Positions 13,378 through 25,967 of a stretch of DNA of 64,000 nt are shown here, one piece after another. The stretch covers positions 91,264,001 to 91,328,000 of the forward strand of contig NC_091473.1 of NCBI RefSeq assembly GCF_036971445.1, read 5' to 3'. Within the stretch, counting starts at the first letter, position 1, and every line of letters begins with the position of its first letter. This DNA is from Narcine bancroftii. Taxonomy: Eukaryota. A model generated the notes under the pieces. The model was not told the origin of the DNA. It did no database searches and saw nothing but the letters and a program-made list of their open reading frames with translations. Position numbers and translations under genes: made by a program.

Positions 13378-14494
13378 TATAAAAAAATAAATTAATTAAG
13401 ATAGTGGGCTGAATATTTCTGGGACCAAAGAGAATGATCCTGTGCCAAGTAAATAAGAGCTGGATTCAAGCTGATTATTAGCAGAGAAAGTACAAAGGAA
13501 AGCCCAGAGGAAAAGAAGTTAAATGTTTTTCTTTAGTCAAAGATGATAAATGAAATTTGGATGTGGGTTTTTTCAGTGCCACACATATGAATATCTTTTT
13601 TTTCTGGTAGAACCAAATGTTGATGATCTCTGGGCCAAATCATGGTGTACTGGAAATTTGACCAGACATTTCTCGTTGTGAAGGATGCTTGTGTGGCTGT
13701 GGCATTGTCCATATCAGACATGCTATAATTACATAACTCTCCGAGCAATGAAAGCTAAAACTGTTGATGGGGAGATTTGTTCACATGGTTGTAAAACATC
13801 CCTGTCTTCGGTGCTCTTGGAACACCTTTTATTCCACTAGATTCTCTGCAACAGCATGATTTCAAGGGTTGCTCCCTGAACAGTGGCTAGCCGGCTGCTG
13901 GAGTGAGATGAGGTGATGGTTTATCGTCATATCCATGAGAACAATGTACAGCTGCACCAATGTTCAGCTACTTGCTGAAGCCAAGCAGGTGCATAACATG
14001 CACCAATTACAAAAAATTACCAGAATATGCCAAGACTAAAAAAAAAGAGGTAATAAATATGAAAGGATAGATAAACATTCATTGCAGTTGGTGCAAGAAA
14101 AAAAAAGTAAAATTTCAGTAGTACAGACAAATCTTTTTGTGGTCCAGGGGTAGTTTATGGTTAGGGTATTACTGGGAGGTTCAAGAGTCTGTGAACTGCA
14201 AGAAAAAAAAATTGTCCTTGAACCTATAGGTACTAGACTTTGGTCTTCAAAAATGATAGTGACTATATGTACAGCAAAATTCATACTTGCTGCAGCTGAA
14301 CGGGTACTTTGTTTAAAAAAAAGGTAAACAACTAAAAAAACTACTCCAGAGGTATATTTCATTTAAATTAAAAAGAGATAATTAATACAAAAAATAGATA
14401 ATAAAAATGCACAGTTATCCCTGTGCAAAAACATGACTTCACAATGGTTCAGGCTGTCCTTGGTGTTGGAGCAGCTACTGATTAGTGTAACAAG

Positions 14495-14888
14495 AGGACG
14501 TTCATGATAGCTATAGGAAAGCAACTGTTCTTGAACCTAGAGGGCTAGTCTTCAGGCTACTACTGTACCTTCTACCTGAATTAAGCAGTGAGAAGAGATT
14601 GTTACCGGGTTGATGTGGTATCCTTATGATGTTGGCTGCCTTCTTGAGGCAATATCTCACATAGATGTTTTCAATGGACAGGAAGTTAGTGACAATGTAA
14701 GACTTGGGTAGGTTGGCTACTCTTTACAGCCTTCTGAATACTGGATTCTGGACTTTCCAAACCAGGCCATGATGCAACCTGTATACATCCCTCAGCACAC
14801 GTATAAAAGTTTAATATTGTATTTAATGTCATGCCAAATCTCCTCAGACCTCTTACAAAGTAGAGGCATTGATATGCCTCCTTCATGG
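14495..14888 (-). mobile_element. Rex1/Babar-type LINE 3' fragment
   Basis: ORF 14686-14886 KEAYQCLYFVRGLRRFGMTLNTILNFYTC resembles the Rex-Babar RT C-terminus. Confidence 0.7.
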
Positions 14889-15935
14889 CTGAAGATCACT
14901 CAAGAGGGTGAACCCTCATGAGACATTAGGCCCTGATGGCGTACCTGGCAGGGTACTGAAAATCTATGCCAACCTACAAGCTGGAGTGTTCAAGGACATT
15001 TTCAACCTCTCATTGCTTCAATCATAGGTTCCCACCTGCTTCAACTTACAAGAAGAGCAGTGTAAACTGCCTCAATGACCATCACCCAGTAGCACTAACA
15101 TCTACTGTGATTAAATGCTTTGAGAGGTTGGTCATGGTTAGAAGTAGCTCGCATCTAAGTAAAGGTCTGGACCCACTGCATTCTGCCTGTTATCACAATG
15201 GCTCCACATCAGATGAAATATCTCTGGCTCTCCACTCAGCTCTGGATCACCTCATACATACAGCTGCTCTTCATAGTCTACAGCTCAGCCTTCAACACCA
15301 TTATTCCCTCAGTGCTAGTCAAGAAGCTCCATACCCTGAATCCCTGCACCCCCCCCCTGCAATTGGATCCTTGACTTTCTCATCAGATCACAGTCAGTTC
15401 GAATTGCAAACACTAACTCCTCCTCACTGATTATCAATACAGGTGCACCCCAAGGATGTGTGCTTAACCCACTGCTCTACTCACTATACACCCATGACTG
15501 TGTGGCCAGGCACAATTCCAATACTATCTACAAATTTGCTGATGACACCCTGGTTGTTGGCAGAATCACAAACAGAAATGAGGAAGTTTACAGGAGAGAG
15601 ATAGATCAGCTCGTTGAGTGGTGCCAAGCTAACAACTTTACGCTTAATATTAACAAAACCAAGGAGATGATTGTGGACTTCAGGAGAACATCGAAGGCTC
15701 ATTAGTGGAGAGAGTCAAGAACTTCAAATTCCTGGGTGTCAACATCTCCAAGGATCTGTCCTGGAGCCTCCATATCGATGCAAAGTATGCTAGCAGCTAT
15801 ACTTTGTGAGGAGATTCGATACTTCACTCTTCACTCTGCTACCATTGGGAAAAAGATACAGGAACCTAAAGTCGAGCACGAGGATAGCTTCTTCTCTGCT
15901 GCCATCAGATTCCTGAACCAAAGAGTCCATATGTG
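14889..15935 (+). mobile_element. Rex1/Babar-type LINE reverse transcriptase fragment (frameshifted)
   Basis: CLNDHHPVALTSTVIKCFERLV; [18 protein letters not shown]...[10 protein letters not shown]...[16 protein letters not shown] motifs. Confidence 0.85.
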
Positions 15936-16320
15936 GACTCCCAAGAACTTGAAGGTACTAACCCTCTCCACTTCCATCCTATAAATGAAATTAGATGTGT
16001 GGTCACTTGGCTCCCCTTTCTAAAGTCCATAACAAGGTCCTGGTCTTGTTAATTTTGAGAGCAAGATTGTTTTTCTAGCACAACATAACTAGATTCTCAA
16101 TCTTCATCCTGTATTCTGACTCATCACTTCCCATTATTCAGCCAACATGGTTGTGTTGTCAGTAAATTTATAAATTGCATTGGAGCTGCATATAAGGTCT
16201 ATTTAGTACCACCCAACACCCCTTAGGTCTCAGGTACCATTGAATTTTCCAGTAGCAGGCCCAGAACCAAATAGTTCTTGGTATGCTACAATCCTGTGGA
16301 TAAATTTCCAAGCCAGTATA

Positions 16321-16551
16321 CAGTAAAAACCCCAGTATCCATCACCTATGGAGATTGGTAGATGCTGGATAAGTGAATTTTCTGGTTTCTTGAGATTGTT
16401 GCGTGGATTGGCGAACTAACTGCTTGCAGGGGTGGGGGGAGGTGCCAATTTTAAACATTTGTATTTTTTTACCTATTTATTTCCTACAATTTTTTTGCCA
16501 GTCCCTTGGGGCTACTGGTTGCTTGAATTCTTGATAGCAGGGATTTTACAG
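16321..16551. mobile_element. Tc1/mariner (Tigger-like) MITE
   Basis: ta|cagtaaaaaccccagtatcc ... gatagcagggattttacag imperfect TIRs; TA on the left flank only. Confidence 0.45.
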
Positions 16552-18224
16552 AATTTAGAAATTCATGCTATATGTATATATTCAGTCATAATCCCATCGA
16601 CTTGACAATTTTATTTAAATTATTAAAGATGTAAGATTCTCACTGTTACATCCTCCTCCATAACCCTCAAATTCTCTACTCTGAAAAGCTGTTGAAATGA
16701 AATTGATCTGTAATTTCTTTTGTTTTGTTTTCATTCTACAATTCTGTTAATGGCTGTGCTGGATTCATACTGCTTCTAAAGCCATCAGCAGTTACCTAAT
16801 ACTTCATTAAATGGCTGTTCTTCATGTTAATCACTTCAATGGTGTTGACAATATGTTTGCCTGCACAGCAATGATAGTTGAGCATGACCTTTTCCTCCCC
16901 CAATATCCAAAAACATACTTTGCAGTTGAATAATGAAGAGCTACTTCAGATGATTTTTGTTTTCTCTCTCTTCCCATACCAGGAGCAAAGAGGATAATTG
17001 AGTAACTCATGGCAGCTTCAGTTGAAATGGCCTAACTCAGCACTCACACTGAATAATGTCTAAAGCTATTTCTAGTCTGTAGGTTTCAGGTTTTGCTAAT
17101 TCATATCTTCTTTTACAGAACAAAAATTTAATTGTATAGCATTTTAATTTGCGTGTGGAGTATAAGAGATTTTTTTTTTAATTAATGTATAAAGGGTTTA
17201 CATTTCACTATTTGAAAATGAAAATCCAGTGAAGATCCAGGGAACAAAAAACATAAAGGACTAGGTCTCTTTAATTGTTTCTTTTTTGAAACATGGCAAA
17301 TGAAACCCAGACTTGCATGGTACTTAACATAAGTGGTTTTTCAAGAAAGACGGAAAGAAAATGCTGAAATCTGGTCCGTCTGGAGTCAGTTGTTTTTCTT
17401 CCACTGAGTTCAGTTTATCTTGGCAAGGAACCGAGTGTGTATCTTTCATTTGCTGTACAGTTTGATCGGCTGGATACAAGGCCAGTCTGTCAAACAAAAA
17501 CAAGCAGATTTACAACCTCCTGTTGAGATGCAAGTTTTCTTGGATCTCTAAAGTTATGGCTCCTCTTTTCTCTTTTGATAGTCATCCAGTATCAGTGTGA
17601 AGAGACAAAAATAAAATCCACCAGGAGTCATGGAGAGGTCAATATTCTTTTATTACTGGGTCTATAATATAGTGTATGTCAGTTTAAAACAACTTTGCCC
17701 TTGAGGATTTGCTCTTAATACAGACCATCTGTGCACTTATAATGAAACTTTATTTCCTGCTATCGCTATGCAATGCATAGGTTCATTTTTCAAATCTGTT
17801 TCAGCTTTGGAAAGATCTTAATGGTGTTTATTGAGTGGTAGAGCCTCTAGTATTCTAAAACAAAATCCTGAGTTATGAGGTGCTGCTGGAAGCATGGTAT
17901 GTGTTCTTCATTTTTTTTTAAAAAGCCACTTATTACAAGTTAGTTTAATACAGGTTATTTTGGAATAAACTGCTCAAAGTCACAAGTTAATGCCTCTGCT
18001 TGCATTTTAATTTTTTTCTAATGACATGGCATTTCTGAGTAAACTGCACACTCTAGGCCTAGAGTCTCAACCTGCTGAGAGTGCGGGTACGGAGCCCTGT
18101 GTGCAGAGCTCATAATTTTCCATTGATTACTTCATGCAAGTGACAACTTATGTGCAATTTGCACCATATTCTCAAAGTGCACAATTAATAGGAAATAAGA
18201 GAATGTAAATTCCAATATTTTCAC

Positions 18225-18400
18225 ACAATTTTTTTTTAATTTACATACAGCGCAGGATTCGACCCGCAGTCCCGATCATGAGCACTGTAACAGCGTTGCA
18301 CTAGTACAATCTCCGTACATACAATGCAGGATTTGACCCGCAGTCCCGATCACGAGCACTGTAACAGCGTTGCACTAACCGCTCTGCTAAGTGTACCACC
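18225..18400 (-). mobile_element. Rearranged SINE with a 74-bp-period tandem duplication of the tRNA-like head
   Basis: tacataca..caggatt(c/t)gacccgcagtcccgatca(t/c)gagcactgtaacagcgttgcacta at 18242-18303 and 18316-18377; T-rich tail to the left. Confidence 0.65.
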
Positions 18401-19096
18401 TTTGCTCTGCTTTTTTTGGCTGAGTTAACCACAGATGATTTATGGGTGTATTTTTCTCAAATATTGACAACTTGAATCTTTTGCATTAAACTTAACAAGG
18501 TCCTTACTGCTCCCTTTTGGGGCTCAGTAATTATGCATCCTTCTTACTTAGGAATATATTGATCATACAGATCAACAAATCCTGGGTGATACTTGTCCTG
18601 AGCCAAACAAGCTGATTTTCATCTGGGTAAACTACAATTTCTGTGATGTTTTTGATCCAGAAGAGGGAAATTGAATTTGGCATGCCTAATTCGATATACC
18701 TGATCGCTATTTGATACACTTGTCTGAAAATGTGGCCTAGGATATCAATCTGAGGACAGTCTTGAGCTCTGTGGTGATGGAATATTTTAACACAGTCTAC
18801 TTGATATACAGATGAAAAATAGCCAACTTGGTAAGGCGCCATATGGAATCACTGCTGCTTTACACTAAACAAGTGAACACAAAGGTGGGGTGAAAAGATA
18901 TCCATTGCAAAAGGTGAAATATCTGAGTTTATGCTTCTATAGGCAGAGTTTGAAATAAACTTTATTAGTTAATTTATGACAGTTCTTTAAAGAGAAGGCA
19001 TAAACATCCTTTCATCAACTAAACAATGTTTGTATTTTTCTTATTTTTATTTTGTTCACCTTAAAACTTAAAAGATATTTTTCATTTATCTAGCAG

Positions 19097-20521
19097 AGCA
19101 AAGCTAAGGAGTTGCCTCTTTCTGCTGTTCGTTTTATGGAAGAGCTAGGGGAATGTGCCTTTGGAAAAATCTACAAAGGTCATCTTTACCTTCCAGGAAT
19201 GGATCATGCCCAGCTTGTTGCTATAAAAACCTTGAAGGACTTCAGTAATTCTCAGCTGTGGACAGAATTCCAGCAGGAAGCATCCCTGATGTCGGAATTG
19301 CATCATCCCAATGTCGTCTGCCTACTTGGGGTGGTGACACAGGAGCAACCCGTCTGCATGCTGTTTGAGTACATGAACCATGGTGACCTTCATGAATTCC
19401 TCATTATGAGATCACCCCATTCTGACGTTGGATGCAGCAGCGATGAAGATGGAACTGTCAAATCCAGTCTGGACCATGCAGATTTTTTGCACATCTCCAT
19501 ACAAGTAGCAACAGGAATGGAATACCTGTCCAGTCACTTTTTTGTTCACAAGGACCTTGCTGCACGCAATATCATTATTGGTGAGCAACTGAGAGTGAAG
19601 ATATCTGATCTTGGCCTTTCAAGAGAAATATATGCCGCTGACTATTACAGGGTACAGAATAAGTCTCTCCTACCAATTCGCTGGATGCCTCCTGAAGCTA
19701 TATTATTTGGGAAGTTTTCTAGTGACTCAGATATTTGGTCTTTTGGTGTGGTGCTATGGGAAATTTTTAGTTTTGGCCTGCAACCATATTATGGATTTTC
19801 GAATCAGGAGGTGATAGAAATGATACGGAAGAGGCAGTTGCTCCCATGCCCAGAGGACTGTCCCCCTAGAATGTATGATTTAATGACAGAAACCTGGCAT
19901 GAGATCCCAGCCAGAAGACCGCGCTTTAAGGATATTCATGCCAGGCTGAGATCATGGGAGGGGCTATCAAGCCATACCAGTTCTACAACGCCATCTGGAG
20001 GGAATGCCACAACGCAGACAACATCTCTCAGTGCAAGCCCAGTTAGTAATCTCAGTAACACAAGGTATCCAATTCATATATATCAAGCACAGGGCTTACC
20101 CCAGGGCCAGATTGGTGGATTAATTGGTCCACAAATAGCCCAGCATCAGAGATTCATTCAAGTTAACAGTTATCCTGTGCCTGCAGGATACACTGCCTAT
20201 CCAGCAACCCATTACCAGCAAGGGCCACCACGAATTATTCCACATGGTCCGCCACCGAAGAGCCGATCGCCCAGCAGCGGAAGTGGTTCAACAAGCACTG
20301 GTCATGTAACAAGCTTGCCTTCCTCAGGATCAAATCATGATGCAAACACTCCATTGCTATCTCATCATATATCCATGGCAAGCCATCCTAGTGGAACTAG
20401 TGTGCCGATCTTTGCACACATATCCCATAAAACAATGCAAATGGACCCAATACAGGCAACACTACTGGGGGACAGTGATGGTCAGTTGGCAAATGAAGCT
20501 GTTATTAGAGCTGAAATGTAA
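19097..20521 (+). CDS. ROR1: ROR1 terminal exon: tyrosine pseudokinase domain and Ser/Thr-, Pro-rich tail
   Basis: Acceptor tagcag|19096; SKAKELPLSAVRFMEELGECAFG...VAIK...HKDLAARN...SDLGLSREIYAADYYR...; TAA at 20519-20521; phase 0 join to the TM exon. The ORF track start at 19112 is an internal TTG. Confidence 0.97.
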   Translation, partial: SKAKELPLSAVRFMEELGECAFGKIYKGHLYLPGMDHAQLVAIKTLKDFSNSQLWTEFQQEASLMSELHHPNVVCLLGVVTQEQPVCMLFEYMNHGDLHEFLIMRSPHSDVGCSSDEDGTVKSSLDHADFLHISIQVATGMEYLSSHFFVHKDLAARNIIIGEQLRVKISDLGLSREIYAADYYRVQNKSLLPIRWMPPEAILFGKFSSDSDIWSFGVVLWEIFSFGLQPYYGFSNQEVIEMIRKRQLLPCPEDCPPRMYDLMTETWHEIPARRPRFKDIHARLRSWEGLSSHTSSTTPSGGNATTQTTSLSASPVSNLSNTRYPIHIYQAQGLPQGQIGGLIGPQIAQHQRFIQVNSYPVPAGYTAYPATHYQQGPPRIIPHGPPPKSRSPSSGSGSTSTGHVTSLPSSGSNHDANTPLLSHHISMASHPSGTSVPIFAHISHKTMQMDPIQATLLGDSDGQLANEAVIRAEM

Positions 20522-22385
20522 AAAAAATATACATACTGTATATATAAATATATATTCTTAGAATTTGTTTCATCAATTTTTATAATTGTGTATAATCTGA
20601 TTTTAGAAAGAAATTAGGGAACAAAATGAAGATTTACATACATGATAATGCATCTTATAGCCTGTTAACAATTTACCATTTTGTTACTGACTAAGCAGCA
20701 TTGGATACCCTTGTTTGCTCTCATTGTGACCTTAAAATGTTGATATTTGCTGCATTGTATATTTGACATCAGAGACCATATTGTGCTTCTTCCGAATAAC
20801 CTTTCTTCCATCCTACACTCTTTATTGATGGGCTGTTCAATGTTGGAGGACATCATTGCAGACCTGTCTGATAATAATACACACTTGCCTTTCCACAAGA
20901 GTCATTGAATTGTGATCTGCAGTGAATCAATATTTACTCTTCCATTGTCAATATAAAACGCTGAGGCAAGTTGTAGTTACCCAGGTGTTCACCTAGATTA
21001 GATCATGTGCAGCTAGAAATTGGAAGGAGCCAAGGAGCTTCATACCTATAAACGTTTGTATTCCACTGGGCAGTGTCTTTTAGTGATTATACCACTGGGT
21101 ATCTACACCAAATAATTTTGTACAGTGATTTTTTTTCAGATATTTCTTATCTGATGAACAGAATCCATGGGTGACCATAAAAGTGCTTATGTAATTTTGG
21201 AGAGAAAAACTGTGCATCCAGGAACAAATAAGATATTTTAAATATTTTTAAAAAAACTTTTTTAAGGAAAGAAATCTTTTACAATGCAAGTGCAAAAAGT
21301 AGAATCCTGCAGATTGTTTTAGAAAATCAAGACTTCGAAAATATCCCCTTTTATAACCAAATACCTGAACTGTATAGTTCTTTGTGGTTTCTCCTAGCAA
21401 TGTTGATTTGATTTTTATTGAATTCATGTGTTTTGGCAAAATGGTAATAGTAACAAAGTAAAAGGGGTGCAGCTTTTGATCACACATTATAAAATAGAAT
21501 TTTAAAATTTATATAAATAGTACATTTAAATTTCACTTATATTTGTTGCTATGCAACTATTTAATGTAAATTGGGCCAACATACAAGCTTTGAGATGACA
21601 ATCAACTTTTCTTATTGGAGTGATTATTTTGTGTTTGGGAGCTTGTTTCAGTGAATGAGCTGAGCTGATAGTGAGGACCACCATTCTTCAAAATAATTTG
21701 ATGCTGGAAGGAGAATATCCCAGCAAATGTTGCAGCTTCTCACAAAAAAATAACCACAGAGGGCAATTTGTCCTTAATCTCATGTGATGAAACATCTGGT
21801 TAAAGGATGATCTCAGTGAGCATCAACCTACTCCATTACAAAGAAATGGATACTTTTTTTGGCCTGAGCAAGTGAGCTGCCATGCCATGCAGTCACTGAG
21901 GTTGTATAGTTTTTTTTGAAACAACAAAACATGAGCTGTGCTGGTGATTACAATTCAGAACGTGATTAGAATTTGATTTGTCCTTCTGGCAGAGATTTTT
22001 GTTTTCCATAACAGTTCCTGCAAATATTTTGAGATGAGGTGTGCTTTGTATTTTCTATTTTTGAATATCTGTTGTATGTATGTTTTACTCCAACACAGCC
22101 CAGTTAATATGTTTGTAATGAGAAGATAAGCATTCATGACTAGTATTCAATGTGGGGTTATATTGTAACAAGATTTATTTCTCCATAAATGTTTTTGCAC
22201 AGATGTTTTTAGAAGTTGTTTTGTATGAGGAATATCAAATACATCCCTGCATTATATTGTTGGTGTATTTTACTGCTATATTAACATAAGTGAATGATGA
22301 ACTTAGCAGGATCCTTTCTCATTGTAATTCAAAGACTGCTCAATATGGCACTTAAAATCAGAACTTGGTTGAAGGTTCAGAAGAA

Positions 22386-22391
22386 AATAAA
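22386..22391 (+). terminator. Candidate ROR1 polyadenylation signal
   Basis: First AATAAA I found downstream of the stop, implying an AT-rich 3'UTR of about 1.9 kb; repeats resume at about 22580. Confidence 0.45.
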
Positions 22392-23939
22392 ACATCTTGT
22401 GTGCTACTGATTTACAAATACCAGAAACTTACAACACAAATCTTCATAGAGAATAGAAAACATTCCATGCATTCAGGAGAATATGTAGAATTCTTTGCCA
22501 CAAATGTGTCTGGTCCATTAACTCTGTAAAATAGAACAGTGAGTGAACAGGCAAGTAGGGATGGATGAATGTTTATCAGAGACCCACAGAGGACTGTAGG
22601 TGTTGGAATCTGCTGCTAAACACAATCACCTGGAGGAAATCAGAGGGTCGAGCGTTGTCACTGGGAGAAAAAGAATGATCACCATTTGGAGTCAATTCAC
22701 CATTTCTCGAGACTGGTTAAATATAGTAGAGAAGCCAGTGTAAAGAGGACAGGGTTGGACAGCAGCGCCATATGGAATTAGTCAACCTGGTAAAAGTGAA
22801 ACATGACAGAACTCCTTTTTTCCCCTGATCACTCCTATCCCTGCAAGTGTAATCTTTGACCTACTCTCAATTAATTTACTTCCCTATATATGCTCAACTT
22901 TAAATTTTCTCTACACCCTTCTTTTCCTGATCTTCTTGGCCCACAGGTGGAAGATTAGCCATGGAGGTAAAACCTGCTGCATGGTGACTGCATGAATTAA
23001 TCAGTGTGCAGAATTCCCAGTTCTAACCAAACAAATTCAATAGATATAAGTGAGGAAATAAAGGAGCTGCAGAGGAAGAAAAAATGAATAAATGGAAATA
23101 AGCAGCAGTGAGGTGACTGTGCTACAAGTCAAGCCTACAGTGGGAGCTCTGGAATGGAAGGACGTTCCACTTCCATGTGAGGTGTTTTGCTGCACATGGT
23201 CACCAACCATGGAAGAACCAGTTCAAATTCCATTTATTTAAAGGAACATATTTCATGAAGTGCCCATAACAGTAGGTGACATACTCTGCATATCACACAG
23301 ATAGTTGAGATGAAAGCTGACCCTACCCTAGCTATAGGAATAGGGAACATTATGTCTCACCAAGTACAACTACAGATGTTGGCTATTTATATATTTTTGA
23401 AATCAGTAACTCAACACTCACTACAAATTAAATAAAATTAAGAAGACAATATATTGTCAAGAAATGTAAAGGGAAGGCAGAAGAAAATAAAGAAAAAGAC
23501 ATTATGAAACTTTGTTTTGATCAGATAGCTCAGTCAGGGTTAAATTCCTAATGAAACTTGATCTGTCATGTTAAATCCCAAAAAACCCAGAAACTAATAC
23601 ATCCATTCAAAGAAATTTCAAATACAATTCAAATGAAAAATCCAGGCAATGCACTATATGTATCGTGCTTCCACTCTGAATCTGAGAATGAATAGAGAAT
23701 TTTCTTGAGTTCCAAACTTGATCAGTATATAGTCGCAGTTGGAAATGTCATGAAGACGTGATTAGACTTTCTGCTATCAAATAGCTTGCCAGTGATTGCT
23801 GTAAGGGGTCACATGTAAATAAAATGCCAAGTAGCCAGCATATGCTGCACCATAATCATTCGGGAAAGAAGGTAAGGGCAAAAGCATGTTCGCGACTCCT
23901 GTTACATTCTTAAACACAAGATTCTACTAATATAAAAAA

Positions 23940-24930
23940 GATTAAAACACAATGCTGAAAAAACTCAGCAGGTCAAACGATATCCTTTATATATCAAAGA
24001 AAAAAAATACATTACTAACATTTCTGGCTTAAGCCCTTCATCAAAGTATGCAAAGATGTCGGGTGTTGTTCCTCCAATTTATGGGTGGTCTTGATGGGAT
24101 AATACATGAGGCTATGGTCAGACATGTGAATATGGGAGTGTGTCACAGAACTGAAATGGTTGGCCACTGGGAGATCTCCGTCACTGGTGCTGACAGAGCG
24201 AAGGTGCTCAGCGAAGCGATCTCCCAGTGTAGCCAACTATTTCAATTCTGCGTCACACTCTCAGACTCACATGTCTGTCCATAGCCTCAAGACAACCTGT
24301 AAGTTGGAGGATTTTTCTATCTGGGCACTCTAGTCGAATGGTGTTAACATCAACTTTTCTAGTTTCTGCTAACATGCTCTCTTTTACCCCTCCTTTCCCT
24401 TACCCGTCAGGTCTCCACCCTTTCCCTCTCTATTCACTTAGCCATCCCTCTTCCCCTTGTAGTAAGGAAAAGAAGTAAAACACAAAAATCTGTATATACC
24501 ATGGTTGAAGTTAAAACTCAATGCTGGAGAAACACAGCAGGTAAAACAGTGTCCTTTATATAGCAAAGGTAAAAATACATAACCTTAATGAAGGGCTCAA
24601 GCCCAAAACGTCGGTTATGTATTTTTATGCTTGCTATATAAAGGACACTGTTTTACCTGCTGTGTTTCTCCAGCATTTTGTGTTTTTAAATCCATCCTCC
24701 CCTTGTTTGTTGCTATGCCCTCCCTCCTTTCTCCACCTATTACCTCCAGCATCTGCGACCAACCATTCCCCTTACCCTTTTATTTTGACGCATATAGATG
24801 AAGGGCTCAAACTGAAGGTCAGATATGTATTTTATCTTTGTTATATAAAGGACACTTTGACCTGCTCAGTTTCTCCAGCATTGTGTTTTTCCTTCATCCA
24901 CGATGTCTGTAAGCTTTCGTGTTTTACTTA
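23940..24930. mobile_element. Penelope-like element cluster with inverted (head-to-head) fragments and pLTR copies
   Basis: Minus ORF 24015-24236 LGDRFAEHLRSV...DLPVANHF...HKLEEQH (GIY-YIG C-terminus); the same segment on the plus strand from about 24220; several pLTR-like copies. Confidence 0.8.
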
Positions 24931-25924
24931 ATTCTACTGATATATTCAGGCACCTGAAACATATTAAGTTTGCAAAGTAGTGTTGAGAGCACCACTAACT
25001 TTGCATACATACCATTAATACAACATGTTATATTGGCTCTAATCTCTGCATATTGTAAATTAATCAAACTAATACCTTCCACTTAGAAATCAAACTATAT
25101 TTTTGGTATGTAAATAATTGTCCACATGGTGAGATCAATGGTGTTTCAGATATTCTATAAATAAAGAATTACATCAGATCTTGGATTTACCAAAGTAAAT
25201 CATGTAAAGTTAAAATGGAAATGGCTTTAATGAGAAGTGAGGAACCAGGTCAATTATTTTGTCTTTAACTGTAAATTTTGTTTGATTTTATTTATGTCAT
25301 CCAGTTGAGGGCATGACCTGGCTAATTTCATCATAAACTGAACATCGACAATTCACACACATTTTTCTCATTATCACTTGATAGTATTCTCTGATTAATT
25401 CTTGGGATGCTGAGCCATAATCATTCTAGTCAGTACTGCATTAAAGATGCTCTAATTGATTACAGTCAGAGCTGTCAGGACCTCCATTCTTGATCACTAT
25501 GTTATGTAGGACTGTTAGGAGAAAATTGTGTTAGACTTGGTTCCGATTTTCCCATTTTTTTAGATATTTCTATAATATAGTCAAAATCTCCACTGTCCTG
25601 CTATAAACAACAAAGAGGGCAACTTTTTGCAAGATATTGTGGTTTGTTGAACAGAGATTCACCCTAAACCAGAAAATGGAAATATTTTTATGAGGTGAAA
25701 AAAGATACAAGGGGCACCAAGATTGGGTTAGAAAGTTGTATCTGGCAAAATATGCATGCTATTAATATTATTTTTGCTTTCAAGATGCAGCTTTATTGGA
25801 TAATGTACTATTTTGTATTCACTAGTTTCTATACTGTTCAGTTCTTCCATTTAATGTGCATTATTTTGTCAACAGCAGTTTGCGTGGGTTACAAAAGCTT
25901 ATAGTTTTGTTTTCCTGAGTTACC

Positions 25925-25967
25925 GATGAACCAGTGATTGATGAACCAGTGATTAATGAACAAGTGA
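25925..25967. repeat. 15-bp tandem repeat, about 3 copies
   Basis: gatgaaccagtgatt gatgaaccagtgatt aatgaacaagtga. Confidence 0.8.

Noticed and set aside
18242-18377. CRISPR-like repeat-spacer array or tRNA genes
   Set aside because: Only two copies, SINE-derived, eukaryotic context and no complete cloverleaf.
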